DNA of 64,000 nucleotides from the NCBI GenBank assembly GCA_951406725.2, contig OX597822.1, positions 11,284,001 through 11,348,000 of the forward strand, read 5' to 3'. This document shows positions 1-16,749 of this stretch, piece by piece. The translations under genes and the position numbers were made by a program. The notes beneath the pieces were generated by a model. It searched no databases and was not told the origin of the DNA. It worked only from the letters and a program-made list of their open reading frames with translations. This stretch comes from Octopus vulgaris. Taxonomy: Eukaryota. The number at the start of each line of letters is the position of its first letter. Position 1 is the stretch's first letter.

Positions 1-321
1 TTTCCACCAATCACAGTCTTGATAATTTTTTGTCCTTATCTCACTTTTGTCGCTGTCTTCATTCAAACTTTATAAGCTATTCACTTCTTTTGCCCTCTCT
101 GCATCTTCACACACTTTTTCTATACACCTTTTATGCTCTCTCTCTCTTTTCTATTACCTCCCCTACCACTCGTTGCTCTCTCCTTTTTCTTCGAGTCACA
201 TCTTCATTCTTCTCTATCTCTGTACACAATCTTCAGTATAAATGATGAATTATCTTATCTGAATTCCTCAAGTGTTTTTATTCGTTCTAATAGTTATTCC
301 CCCATGATGCCTTCTACACTT

Positions 322-1375
<1,054 letters not shown>

Positions 1376-1774
1376 GATTATAGGGAAACGGAGTGTACCA
1401 AAAAGCCATTTATTGTCACATCATAGTGGGCGTGGAACGACGCAATATACCCAGATGCAACACACAGTGCAAAGAAGACATCTCATGTGTATAATATGCT
1501 TGTAAATGCGGAAGTTTACATTTCAGTTTCGATGCAGTTCGGGTGGATATGTTTAAAAAAAACCCCGTCCACTCGAAATGACAGAATCTCTCAATACAAT
1601 TGTTTAAGGATGTTGAACAAACTACCCATGTTTCCAAAAGTGAATTATTAAAACTCCCAAAATCCCTGTCAAACACGGCTATGATGCTCCCCTACTGCTT
1701 CTGCTCCTGATCAGAGATGCACATATCGTCAGCCACTAAGGGACATGGTCAACTGGTTAAGGTCAAACAATAAT

Positions 1775-2150
<376 letters not shown>

Positions 2151-2217
2151 TGAATCCTAGGGCAAAGAAACTCATAGTATACTGGTAGGCCGTTAAACCA
2201 AACTCAATAGTTTGTTC

Positions 2218-3500
<1,283 letters not shown>

Positions 3501-3836
3501 GGCATTTAAAAAGATATTATATATCTGAGCAGGCTTCTTTGCACTGTGCGTTGCATCTGGTGTTCTTGCATCGTTCCACGCCCACGTGGAAGCAGAACGT
3601 CATGAAGACGAAACAACTGTTGTGACAATAAATTACTTTTTGTTACACTCCGTCTACTCTATTAATCTTTAATATGTACCTTCCGTGCACCTTGAAATTC
3701 CTGGAATTTGATCCAAAGTATCATTGATGATGCCTAGTAGCCATAAGTAGTGAACGTGCTTTACGGACGCACGACCGGGGACTTACTCTGAAGCAAGGCT
3801 TCTAATAGTTATTCCCTCATGATGCATTCTACACTT

Positions 3837-3837
<1 letters not shown>

Positions 3838-3931
<94 letters not shown>

Positions 3932-3987
3932 CCTATCTATCTGTCTGTCTGTCTGCCTGTCTGTTTGTTTGTCTGTCTGTCTCTCTC

Positions 3988-4032
<45 letters not shown>

Positions 4033-4198
4033 TTATCAATCTATACACACAAGCACGCGTACACAGGCATATATGTGCAAAACAAAATGGAAAGAAGAGT
4101 ACTTGAATACCAAAGGTAAAGTAAGTTACTATTTAATTAAAGCAGAAAAAAAGTAAGTTTGCGAAGTGCTTTCCAGCTTTAAAGGAATAGGGCGTGCA

Positions 4199-4275
<77 letters not shown>

Positions 4276-4322
4276 CTATCTCTTTCTCTCTGTATGTATA
4301 TATATATATGCATAATTATTTA

Positions 4323-4404
<82 letters not shown>

Positions 4405-4405
4405 C

Positions 4406-4437
<32 letters not shown>
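3838..4437. repeat. (TATC)n/(TGTC)n/(TA)n/(TG)n microsatellites
   Basis: Direct tandem repeats. Confidence 0.9.
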
Positions 4438-4440
<3 letters not shown>

Positions 4441-5099
4441 ATATATCATACTTTGATACTGCTTGGAGTGAGATGTTCGTTTAGAGGTTGCTGATATTTA
4501 AAACAAAGTGTTAATACTTCTGGTATGCAAATTAGTTGCTCCAGTTTCCTGTAGCTGCTATATTTGTCGAGTATATGATAAACAAATCGGTCAAATTTGA
4601 TGAGAATCCAATAAGATTCGATTCGCAAATTGATTCAAGTTCTTTGTTTTTACTTACTTTAGTCATTAGACTGCGGCCAGGCTGGAGCACCGCTTTGAAG
4701 AGCTCAGCCGAACAAATCGACTCCAGTATTTCCAAGCAAATCCGCTTGGACTGAAGTTTGGCGGAAGTGAAATTTTATACATAGAACGTATCCCTATTAT
4801 TCGTATGCTAAAGGTGATGATGATTTCGAGGACAGTGAAAATCTCTAAAACATTCTTCAAAAAATACATGCATACATATACATCTATAGTACCATACATG
4901 CATACATAAATATGATACATACACGCTTACGTACATGTATACATACGACAACTGATACTTACATAACATACATAATAACATACAAACACAGATATGGTAC
5001 ATACATACCTACTTACATACACACGATACATACAAACCTACACACAATATGCATATATACATATAGTATATACGTACATATTAGACATACGTGGTGATT

Positions 5100-5370
5100 G
5101 CTCCAACTTCTCAGATGATTGCTCTCTCATTGTACTTCCTCCTGGCCAATGATGTTTCTGATTTTCCATCCACGACCTCTCAGATGAACATTCAATCCCG
5201 CTGCTTTGTAGCTGTGCGTTTCCAACTGGTTAAGTTTGTATACGTCGCTATTCTTCAATCCCCAGAAGACGTTCGGTAGATGTAACTCCGAATGACAAAT
5301 AAGGTGACCATAAAGCGATATGGACTTCATCGGATTACAGTGATGCAACGTAAGTACCACTCTCTGGGTG
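5100..5370 (-). mobile_element. Possible degenerate RTE-type LINE endonuclease fragment
   Basis: Minus-strand peptides VFWG..., GLNVHLR weakly resemble RTE APE motifs FWSG / GINERLM. Confidence 0.35.
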
Positions 5371-5517
5371 TCCGTCGTTATTATTTAGTAACAGGACGAA
5401 GCGAGAAGGCCGGCTCACGATCACGGGAAACCGCAGGGCTTACGTAAGTGTTCCTCTCCTAGAGGTACGCTGTGACAATAGCGAGGGGTCTCTCACTACC
5501 GGCGGGTTATATTTACA

Positions 5518-6235
<718 letters not shown>

Positions 6236-6599
6236 AATATTAAGTAGACCATATAGCTGGGACCTTGACAAGTGCTACTAATCCGGGTCTGAGTGGGCAT
6301 GAGAACAATAGGGGCCACGAGGTGGTTCTACACACGTCAAAACCCTTGAACTCGCGAAGCAGTGTCCCGCTACTCTATAAAGTTGAAAGTCGTAGCCAAG
6401 ACATACATTACATAACCAAACAGTATGAGGGTTGCTATTTCAACGAAGTCAATTCCAAAACACTGTCAAACTAAAAAGTTCGTTAATCATGCAAGATTCA
6501 GGAAATAATCTAGTGTGAATATTAATTTCGTTACAAAGATGTTGCTACCGTAAAGAAGAGAAAAAGAAGACACCTACAAGAAACATGAACAAAACGTAC

Positions 6600-6674
6600 G
6601 CGCACACACACACAAACCCACACACGGACCTACGCAGGCGCGCACTCACACACACGCATACACACTCTTTCTCA

Positions 6675-6705
<31 letters not shown>

Positions 6706-6964
6706 TCTCTCTCTCCCACACATACAAGCACACACCTTCACACGCATACATTCAAACACACACACACACTCTCTCACGCATACACTCTCTTTCTCTCATA
6801 CAACAAACACACACACACTGTCACATACACTCTCTCTCTCCCACACATATATGCCCACACTTTCACATACACACACACTGTCACATACACACTCTCTCTC
6901 TCCCACACACTTTCACACACGCACACACACATACACACACACACACTGACACACACACCTCACA

Positions 6965-6995
<31 letters not shown>

Positions 6996-7000
6996 ACACA
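6600..7000. repeat. (CA)n/(CT)n compound microsatellite
   Basis: Direct. Confidence 0.9.
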
Positions 7001-7419
7001 GACCACGCATACAGAATCACTCACAAAAATAACCAAAATAACCCCAAGAAGAAAAACGTTTATAAACCCACCTTTTTCAAAATACCGCTTCAATACTCCG
7101 AAATCCTTTTGGCTTTTGGTGTTTTCAAAATTCTTCTTTTCCTCCTGTTTTTTTTTTTTTACCGTTTTAGGTGATGTTTGGTATATATTTATATTTTATG
7201 TTTTTCATTTTGGTAGGGATATTTATTTTCTGTCTTCTTGTTACCGTAATTCTCAAGAATTCCTGCCTGAAGGAGTTGAATATTTATACACTGGTATCGG
7301 TTAATTTCTTCACTGATCTGTGAAATCAGGAATGCAACCGACTGGAATTGAAAAATCTTGTGTTCTTCCATTTCTCCATTCCTTATCATCATCATCTTCA
7401 CCACGAAATTTTCCTCATT

Positions 7420-7653
7420 CGCTTCTTCTCCTTCTTCTTCTTCTTCTTCTTCTTCTTCTTCTTCTTCTTCTTCTTCTTCTTCTTCTTCTTCTTCTTCTTC
7501 TTCTTCTTCTTCTTCTTCTTCTTCTTCTTCTTCTTCTTTTTCTTTTTCTTCTTCTTCTTCTTCTTCTTCTTCTTTTTCTTCTTCTTCTTCACCGATACTA
7601 CTACTACTACTACCACTACTACTACTACTACTACACCACCACCACCACCACCA

Positions 7654-7741
<88 letters not shown>

Positions 7742-7746
7742 CACTA

Positions 7747-7833
<87 letters not shown>

Positions 7834-7865
7834 TTATTGCTACCACCACCACCACTACCACCATA
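7420..7865. repeat. (CTT)n then (CTA/CCA/CTG)n trinucleotide repeats
   Basis: Direct. Confidence 0.95.
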
Positions 7866-8422
7866 CGTATATATATATAAATATGTATGTATGAATGTAT
7901 TTGTATGTGTGGTGGGTTGTTATAGTACCAGTACAATGTCCTGGATACGACTACCACTTCAATAAAAGAGAACTCAATAGATTTATGAAATGTCAATTTT
8001 ATCCAGGACACTGAAACTACAGTCTACGCAATAATATTTACATATATACGTATGGGCATGCATATATATTTGTATTTATACAGACAAACATGTACATACG
8101 TATACAACAAATACACATACTTTAACACACACACACTCACAGAAAAATATACATACATACATACACACTTTTATATATTTGCAGGATAAGCTGTTTCGTT
8201 AATACTCTTGAGATTTTCGAGTTTGAATAAAGTTAAAAAGCAACGTAAATGAAGTTTGTTAAAGTGGTAACTAATTCAAAGTGGAAACGAAATAAAATAG
8301 AACTTGTAATGTTCATATACATCAATTCAGAGTCAGCGTTGATGGATTAACAGCCGTTAATAATAGGGAAGGTGAAAAACTATTGTTTAGCTGTTGAATG
8401 AAAAATGTTAGATATTATATGA

Positions 8423-8484
8423 AAGAGTTATGCGCTAACACTCTAGCTGATAAAGAGTTATGCGCTAACACTCTAGCTGATAAG
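8423..8484. repeat. Two-copy ~30-bp tandem duplication AAAGAGTTATGCGCTAACACTCTAGCTGAT
   Basis: Exact adjacent repeat. Confidence 0.9.
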
Positions 8485-8614
8485 TATGTGTATACGGAGT
8501 CAAATAATAATGTTAGTGATGTGGGATTATATTGATCTGTAAAATGTATGACCAATTCAGCATAACACTTTTAAACTGAAAGATTAAGAACCATTAATCG
8601 AGAGAAGACCAACC

Positions 8615-8985
8615 CGGTCAATTGCCGATCTACCAAAACTTTCCTTCAAAAAAACCTAATTCGTTGATAAAGATATTAGTGTACCAACGTTTAGTTATCA
8701 CCACTGACAATGCTTACGTAGGTATGACCTCAAACTCATTTAAAGCAAGAAGTTATTCGCACATGCATTCCTTTTAGAACCACGACATAAGCAAAACTTT
8801 TCTTCATACATTTGATCATTCAAGATCATACCATCTTAAACGAAGTATACATTCCAAAGCTAAATTATGAGACAGGAATAATAATCAATGCAATCTAACT
8901 ATGGAGGGAAACCATATCTTTCATGCAAAGACACTTTTACTCAACATTAAAAATATTCCAAACTGCATTCATGGAAATTTTATAA
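8615..8985 (+). pseudogene. Penelope-like element GIY-YIG endonuclease relic
   Basis: From 8676: LVYQRLVITTDNAYVGMTSNSFKARSYSHMHSF*, later KRSIHSKAKL*DRNNNQCNL and ..CIH; matches PLE EN pattern VY..YIG.T..FK.R..H..SF..WSI..CNLC..C.H, with stops and frameshifts. Confidence 0.75.
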
Positions 8986-9282
8986 GCAGACCACTTCTCA
9001 CATCACATGCAATGGCCAGTACCGAAAGAAATACCGCAAAGCATCCGTTTCAAATATAGTAATTTCTAATTTAGGTACAAGTCCTGTAAATTTTGCTGAG
9101 AGTCTGTTACTTACTGACATATACTACCTGTAAGATACGAGGCTGTTAGTCAACGAAATCAACCCCACTAATAATATAATTTGTCGAGGAATAAAAGGTA
9201 AAGCTGAATATTCTTACAGTTCCGTTAGGTCCCTACGCTGGATTTACAGTATATTCTATCGACCCCCAAATGAAGAAAATGA

Positions 9283-9525
9283 TGGCAGGTGTCCTAGTGG
9301 TTAGAGTCTTGCACTAATATTCACGAGATCGTGAGTTCGAATCTCGGACCGGCTGTTGTTGAGGAAAACACTTGATTTCACGCTGCGACAGTCCAATGAA
9401 CTGTAAATGAGTAACTTTGCGACGGACTGGCGTCTCATTCAAGGGAAATCTTGAGATCTCGGTTACTTATACCTCATGGGAACCGGATGATCGGCTTTAT
9501 GAGTCATAAGAATTTATTCGGTAAG
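9283..9525 (+). mobile_element. tRNA-derived SINE (family C-like)
   Basis: A box GTCCTAGTGGTTAG, B box GAGTTCGAATC, body ...GCGACGGACTGGCGTC; relatives at 14965, 32490, 54822. Confidence 0.65.
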
Positions 9526-9526
9526 T

Positions 9527-9576
<50 letters not shown>

Positions 9577-9588
9577 GTGATGGTGATG

Positions 9589-9620
<32 letters not shown>

Positions 9621-9715
9621 GATAATGATGATGATGATGATGATGATGATGATGGTAATGATGATGATGATGATGATGAAGATGATGATGATGATGGTGG
9701 TGATGATGATGATGA
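9527..9715. repeat. (GAT)n microsatellite
   Basis: Direct. Confidence 0.95.
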
Positions 9716-10755
9716 CAAGAGTGTAAGACAATATTTATCTTGGTGGGCTTTGAACTCAAAAGACAGCCATTTGGAACGAACACCACGGATCCACCGCCCT
9801 GGATTGGTTCTATATTTAATCATACAACACATTTCTTCCTGGAATATTAGATACTTTAATTATGTATGTAAACACCATGTTTTTACACCCTTACGCAAAC
9901 ACACACACGCACGCACGCAGACACAGACACATACACATATACACACAAAGAGAAACACATGCAGACACATTAAAATGACACCTTAAAATCACTTAAGACC
10001 ACCACCCTTGAGTTAGTAATATCCTCAGTATTGCTCTGAGTTCACAGAACCATCTCCAGATCAAATGTTCAGAACTACGCCAGTTGACTTCTTCCTCCAG
10101 ACTGTACACCCAGGTCTTATTCTTCCTTCATTTTAATGATACCTCATGGTCGTATGTCTAGAATTCACAGCCCCAAGGAAAGATGAAGGACAAAGTGATC
10201 TTGTGTGTATTCGAACTTAGATGGTATGAAATAGTAACAAATGCCATGGAGCATTTTATCCGACATTCTAACGAGTTTTCCTGTTCGTTCACAAATACCC
10301 ACAAAACTCTATCGTTATGGCAGATTCTCATTATGAAAGGATTCTCCCTTCGTAAACGACAGATTAGGGTAGTGGTTCTCAGCCATTCTTTTATCTATGG
10401 GTCCCTTTGCTTATTATTCTGTCTCAGAAGCTCCCACACTAGTGTTTAAAAACTAGTTTCATGCATACTTTTTTTTAAAATTCCTCTTTTGTTTTTACTT
10501 ACATATTTTGAACTCTGGAAAACGTTTTAGAAAGAAACGTTAATGTTTGTCTTTTTGCAATAAATACATCTAAAGCATAACCTTTCTCATGGACCCTTAA
10601 AAAAAGTATTGAAGATCTCCAGTTTACTGCATTGCTTACGTGGTCCCCTAAATATTTTACATGAAACCCCAGGGGTCATATCGGCCTCGGTTGAGAAGCA
10701 ATGGATTAGGATTCCGCAACGTTTGCTGAACAACCTGTACAAATGATTACTTTTT

Positions 10756-11137
10756 TACTCTTTTACTTGTTTCAGTCATTTGACTGTGGTCATGCTGGAG
10801 CACCGCCTTTAGTTGAGCAAATCGACCCCAGGACTTATTCTTTGTAAGCCTAGTACGTATTCTATCAGTATCTTTTGCCGAATCGCTAAGTTACGCGGAC
10901 ATAAACACACCAGCATCGGTTGTCAAGCGATGCTGAGGAACAAACACAGAAACACAAACATATACACACACAAATACACACATATATACGACGGGCTTCT
11001 TTCAGTTTCCGTCTACGAATCCACTCAGGGCTTTGGTCGGCCCGAGGCTATAGTAGAAGACACTTGCCCAAGGTGCCACGTAGTGGGACTGAACCCGGAA
11101 CCATGTGGTTCGTAAGCAACCTACTTAACACACAGCC
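10756..11137 (-). mobile_element. tRNA-derived SINE family A, near full length
   Basis: High similarity to rc of 46813-47214. Confidence 0.9.
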
Positions 11138-11559
11138 TTTCGTTCATAATGGTTAAATGTTTCTACTGTATATTAGCTCGCTTATTCCGTCAAATCGCTT
11201 GTGAGTTTCTCTGTGCGAACTGAGCAAGGGTCTTTACGGGTCATCGTGGGTGCTCTCGAATCCCCATATCAATCCTTGCTACCAACATTCTTTCCAATGC
11301 CTGGAATGGTCCGTCGGAAACGACGCCGATCTGTTCTGGATATAGAGCAGGTCAAAACTAACATTCTCAATTTAGTCTACGATCATTTTGACATCTGACA
11401 CGTGGCACAGCGTGCACCTATACAGCAAGTTGTATGATGATACAAAATGCAATGGAGGTAACTTGCTGTAAGGACATAAATATTAATCCGTAAACCTAAA
11501 CGTCTTCTAAACCAGTGAAATAAGAATCACCCTTTATCCTGAAGGAACAACTTGCTTGG

Positions 11560-11725
11560 CGACATTTCATCTGTGTTCATGTTCTGAGTTCAAATTCCGC
11601 CGAGATTGACTTTGTTTTTAATTCATTCGGGGTCGATAAAATAAGTATCAGGTGAAACACTGGGATCGATGTAATAGACTTAGCTTCCAAAATTGCTGGC
11701 CTTGTGCCACAATTTGAAACCAATA
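11560..11725 (+). mobile_element. SINE family D (Nin-like domain) partial copy
   Basis: GTTCTGAGTTCAAATTCCGCCGAG...TTCGGGGTCGATAAAATAAGTA, like 45123-45352. Confidence 0.75.
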
Positions 11726-12221
11726 AGTTTAAATCTTTGTAAATTTCAAAATACAAATAAAAAAACGAAGCGTGCACGTATACACACACGCACACACACA
11801 CACACACGCGCGCGCACACACACAGGGTAGAAATATATTAATAAGTGAATATACTCTTTTACTTGTTTCAGCCATTTTGACTGCGGCCATGCTGGAGCAC
11901 CGCCTTTAATCGAGCAAATCGACCCCAGGACTTATTCTTTGTAAGCCTAGTACTAGTTCCATCGGTCTGTTTTGAAGAGCCGCTAAGTTACAGACAAGCA
12001 TCGGTTGTCAAACGATGTTGGGAGGACGAACACAGACACACAAACATATACACACAAATACACACATATATACATATATATGACAGGCTTCTTTCAGTTT
12101 CCGTCTACGAAATCCACTCACAAGGCTTTGGTCGGCACGAGGCTATAGTAGAAGACACTTGCCCAAGGTGCCACGCTGTGGGACTGAACCCGAAACCATG
12201 TGGCTGGTAAGCAAGCTACTT

Positions 12222-14285
12222 TATTTCATAAAATTTGTCATCATAGATAGTACAAAGATTGTGTAGCTTTGCGGGCTGGACAAATACATTAATGAATGAA
12301 AATGAAATAGAATGAATAAATGAGAGACGAAACCCAACACCCGCCGATTGGATTTTCCTCGAAAACATATTTTCTCTTTTAAAAAATCAATATGAGGTTT
12401 CAAACCTCTTACAAGAAGGAGGCAATAAAACCTCTTACTTAACATGTTTTTTTTTTAAACACACAATTGAGGTTATAAACCACTACAAATAATAGGTTTC
12501 AAACCCTATAACGAGGGTCTTTCACCTCCTACTCTTCGATATATCCATCGATATATTCATCATTATCTTCAATGCCGCTTGAGTTCCTGTATCCCGCCAT
12601 TTCCCATGCCTCACTCATGTAGGACATGTAAGTCGTGTAAGGGTCACCCGGCCATATGCGACACTCCTCCCCAAATTCTTTAAGCCTTTCCCACAAGGGA
12701 AACCTTATGACCTCCACAGTTATCTGCGGAGGCCATTCGGGATCCCGTGTGAAGGGCACCCACTGTCTCTTTATATTCTTCTACTATTTTTTCCGCCTCC
12801 CCGCCCTTATAGAAAGAGATAATTAATTGATCATCTTTAAGGGTGGGGTGGTTTCTTCCACCGTGGGTGGCACAACTTCGGGACATGAAGACGGCACATC
12901 ATCTCTCCGCTGAGATGACCCGTTCTTCTTCCTTCTTTTTTTTCTTTTCTTCCTGACTTCGGGAGAGTGGAGCTCTTCCGCTTTGTCCGGAGACTCTCCC
13001 CCACCTCCCGAAGCCTTAGGTTCTATCGGCGGGCAACTATTGTTGCCCGCCTTCTTCCTTTTTAATCCTTTTTGAGTTGAGGAGGCTGAAGCCTCCCCGA
13101 CCACATCCACCTCTTCAATTGACCGGGTAGGGGAGGTGGCATCTAGTGACTGTTCCAAGACCTTACTATGGTCCTGGGGGCAGTTCCTTTTAATGTGGCC
13201 TGGCTGCAGGCACGAGTGACACTTGGGGGGACGTCCCTCAAGTATCACCGGGTACCTGCAGCCAGCCATTTTTAAGAAATCTGGAAAAATCAGATCTGTT
13301 GCGGCCCATGGATTCCACAGGGTCAAAATCGCTTTTGACCCTTCCCAATCGACCGCCGGCAATACACTTACATTTAAGAGCCTGGGCCCGCCATCACCCA
13401 GTCCCCGTCGGATGGTATCTTCAATCCAATCCGCTTCGGTGCCTGGGGGCAACCCACATACTCAGGCTCTTATTAATTTCCTCCCGCAATATGACTGGGT
13501 GAACAGAATTTCCTTGCCTTCTAAAGGCTGACTCGCAAACTGGCGAACCTTTTCCCCGTTGTCAAATAGCAACCATACGGTTGCATGTTTGACACCATGG
13601 GATATATATTTTAAAGAGGACAAATAGTCTTGAAGTTCATTTTTTATAACTTGTTTTGGGAAGACGGTGATGGAATTAAGAACTTTAGAATAAGTTCTAA
13701 GCACCATCGTCTTCTCCTCCATATCTTTTAACCACTGCTTAGGCGGGTTAATTTCCCACTCTAAGACAGAGTTTTTCTTTTTAAGTTCCTTCTCTGCCAT
13801 GTCAAAAAACAGTTCAAAAGTAGTTCAAAAGACAGTCTGCCAAAAAATTAAACCGAATAAAAATAAAACAAAATAAAAGAGGAGGAAAGGAAACTGAAAT
13901 TAAAATAATGAAAAGAATGACCTAAAATTTAGAAAGAAAGAAAAAATAGAAGGGAAAAGTAAAAGAAAAACCTCACAAATAGCACAGACAGGCAATCCTT
14001 TGTATAATACTCCAAAAAGGTAATCCAAATGGTTTATTCTTGAAGTTCGGAAAAATTGTACTTTTTCTGGCGAGCTACGCCCACTAGAATTTACAAAAAA
14101 GAATTTTCATGCAAAAATTCTCAATTCACCGTTACGGTGATGAGAACCCAGTATTTTGCTCGCTATAGCGAGCTATTATTGACAATTTTCTTTTTGTTCT
14201 TTTTCTATTCACGGAGTCCAAAAAACTCACATCTTGTCACTGTAACAGTCCAGACCAACTAGTGTTGCATTCTGGGTAACCGGAA
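12222..14285 (-). mobile_element. Non-autonomous ORF1-only non-LTR retroelement (HAL1-like, L1/Tx1-type ORF1)
   Basis: 15-bp TSD GTAAGCAAGCTACTT at 12207-12221 and 14286-14300; 3' end ...TTTTATGAAATAA; gag-like ORF; no EN/RT motifs seen. Confidence 0.8.
12823..13800 (-). pseudogene. Gag-like ORF1 with CCHC zinc knuckle, one in-frame TGA
   Basis: ORFs 13462..13800 and 12823..13452 are in the same frame (RA*VCGLPPG); CHSCLQPGHIKRNC = CX2CX4HX4C; basic KKRKKRRKK tract; possible frameshifted extension to 12529. Confidence 0.8.
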
Positions 14286-14339
14286 GTAAGCAAGCTACTT
14301 ACTACACAGGCACTCCTGCGCCTAGACTGTCATCTTTTG

Positions 14340-14560
14340 TGTTTTACTTACTCCAGTCATTAGATTCCGGTCATGCTGGAGCATTGTTTTGAAGATTTTC
14401 ATCGAAATAATCGATTCTTGTATTTAATTTGATACTTTTCTATCCAGTCTGGTGCGCATTCTATCATTATCTTTTATCTTTTGCCGAACCGCCATGTTAC
14501 AGGGACGTAAAGAATCCAACACCGGTTGTAAAGTGGTAGGGTTGGAAGAAACACAAACAA
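14340..14560 (-). mobile_element. Diverged SINE family A 3' part
   Basis: GGTCATGCTGGAGCA...TTTGCCGAACCGCC...GGGACGTAAA. Confidence 0.7.
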
Positions 14561-14900
14561 TAATACACACACACATATACATATATATGCCTGTCTCAAA
14601 GTCGTAAGACGCCCCGTGCCATTCCTGTTTTTATTCGTTACTGTTTCCAATTTTATCTTCGTCTCTTGTTTTCCTATTCATCTCGGTTGTCACATTCTTT
14701 CCTTCTACCAAGGAAATCTAATGCCCATAGCTTAGCTTTTCCTTGGGGTTGGCCGTTTTGGAGCAAATCTCAGAATTAAACAGCCGAAATTTGCCATGAT
14801 GAATCGGTTTCTGACTGAAGAATGAAGGCTCTGAATGACTGTCTGTTTTCCGTGTTCGTCAATTCGTGAATTTCACGTTCTTTATATAAAAATTTTATTC

Positions 14901-14960
<60 letters not shown>

Positions 14961-14964
14961 ACAA

Positions 14965-15170
14965 CGTGAGGCCTAGCGGTTAGGGTATTGTACCCACGCT
15001 CGCCAGAGGCATGGTGGGTTCTTGAGCGAAAGACTTCCTTTCACGTTTCTCCGATATATTCAACTGTAAATAGATAACCCCACGACGGACTAGACTATCC
15101 GATCAGAAGAAAATGTCGGCCTCCTTGCCTGGTGGCCAGCGGAGGGAATTCATTCGAAGCTAAAACAAGA
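14965..15170 (+). mobile_element. Diverged tRNA-SINE (family C-like)
   Basis: GGCCTAGCGGTTAGGGT head; CACGACGGACTAG body. Confidence 0.55.
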
Positions 15171-15283
15171 TGCATACTTCTATATAATGCATGGTGAATT
15201 TATGGAAAAGAGACCCATAAAAAGCAAAAATTTACTTAAAAATGGAGGAGACAAGTTGTTAAAATAGGTAAGAAGTTTAATTT

Positions 15284-15397
15284 TGCAGACTATCGTTTAG
15301 TACAGGGATATAAAAATAAAGATGCAAATTCATGACAGAATTAAATTAAAATAAATCAATTAAATTAATTAAATATATCAAGGTACTCTTCAGTGCA
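15284..15397 (-). ncRNA. Hammerhead motif with long AT-rich loop II (G12 mutated)
   Basis: rc: TGCA CTGAAGA GTAC...GTAC tAAA CGATAG TC TGCA. Confidence 0.6.
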
Positions 15398-15645
15398 GGA
15401 AGTATAAACAAAGCTACAAAGTACTTGAGAAGGAAAATAGCAGAAAAATTAGGAGTTTCATATTTTTATACTCGTGAGAAAGAGATGTGAGTCATGTTGG
15501 ATATTTAACCATAATTAAGGGCTATGATGGTTATTTGAAGATATGAATAAAGAGGTATCAGAGAGGGTTCCCTTTATAGATGAGTATGGAAATTAGAAAA
15601 TTTAACTCCAAATAAGTAGTGTTGGACAAAATATGTGTTAGAAAT

Positions 15646-15918
15646 GGTCAAAGGCTCACAGATTTTTAATATTCTCCCAAAGAGTCTGAGGAACTTGCAC
15701 AAATTAGATGTAGCGGTTTTTAAATCAAAGCTGGACCTCTTCCTGTCGAGAGTCCCAGATGAACCTACCTCACAGCAAGAGGTGTAAATGAGGGTAGCTA
15801 TATCAAACTCCATTCTTCACCAAGTGCCACATATTAGAGGAGGCTCTTAGTAATAACAGTGTAGCACAAAACGGCGGTGCATCAGCATGGCCGCAGCTCT
15901 GAGCGGAAACTAAAAAAA
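15646..15918 (+). mobile_element. 3' end of CR1/L2-group LINE (ORF2 C-terminus + 3' UTR)
   Basis: KGSQIFNILPKSLRNLHKLDVAVFKSKLDLFLSRVPDEP; ends GGCGGTGCATCAGCATGGCCGCAG...GAAACTAAAAAAA. Confidence 0.75.
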
Positions 15919-16463
15919 GAATGGAAACAAATGGTAGGAGAAATAGAGAGGTAAAAACGGTTAAAGATAGAATATGATGTATAAAAAGACGGATGCTTGC
16001 ATAAAAACTAATATTCGTTAGTATGTATTAAATATAAGGCAGAAAAAATAAGTAAAAACAGAAAAAAGTTGTTGATATTTCGATAAAAATAGTATATATT
16101 TGCTGTGACTCTAAAGATGTAAAAAAGTGAAATTGAAAAAGGGAATAAAGATAGGAATACGAAAAGAAAACAATAAATGTAGGGAGATAAATGAGCTGGG
16201 AAAGAGAAGAGTAAATAAATAAAAAAAGGTATATTTTATTGAAGTATTGATGCGTCAGGTTATACGGTAAACGTCTTTAGGTATACATACGAATTTATTT
16301 TCAAGGTAATAATCTAGCTTAGTATTGTGTGAGAAGGATATGTAATGGTAGTAGGGTCGTAGAGGCATTCAATTTATAGGGGTGTAGTGCCAGTTATGAA
16401 TATAAAAAGATATGAGTAGGAGGGTGCACATAAGTGTACAGAAATTTATAGATAATATAGAAG

Positions 16464-16745
<282 letters not shown>

Positions 16746-16749
16746 ATAT

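Larger units (their letters stand above)
11853..14322 (-). mobile_element. SINE family A interrupted in its tRNA head by a 2.06-kb insertion
   Basis: SINE runs 11853-12221 and resumes 14286-14322. Confidence 0.85.

Noticed and set aside
10813-11156. Recurrent peptides such as [21 protein letters not shown] and AIVEDTCPRCH
   Set aside because: Incidental translations of non-coding SINE family A
13462-13464. In-frame TGA as selenocysteine or readthrough
   Set aside because: Context RA*VCG fits CGA>TGA CpG decay; no SECIS identified
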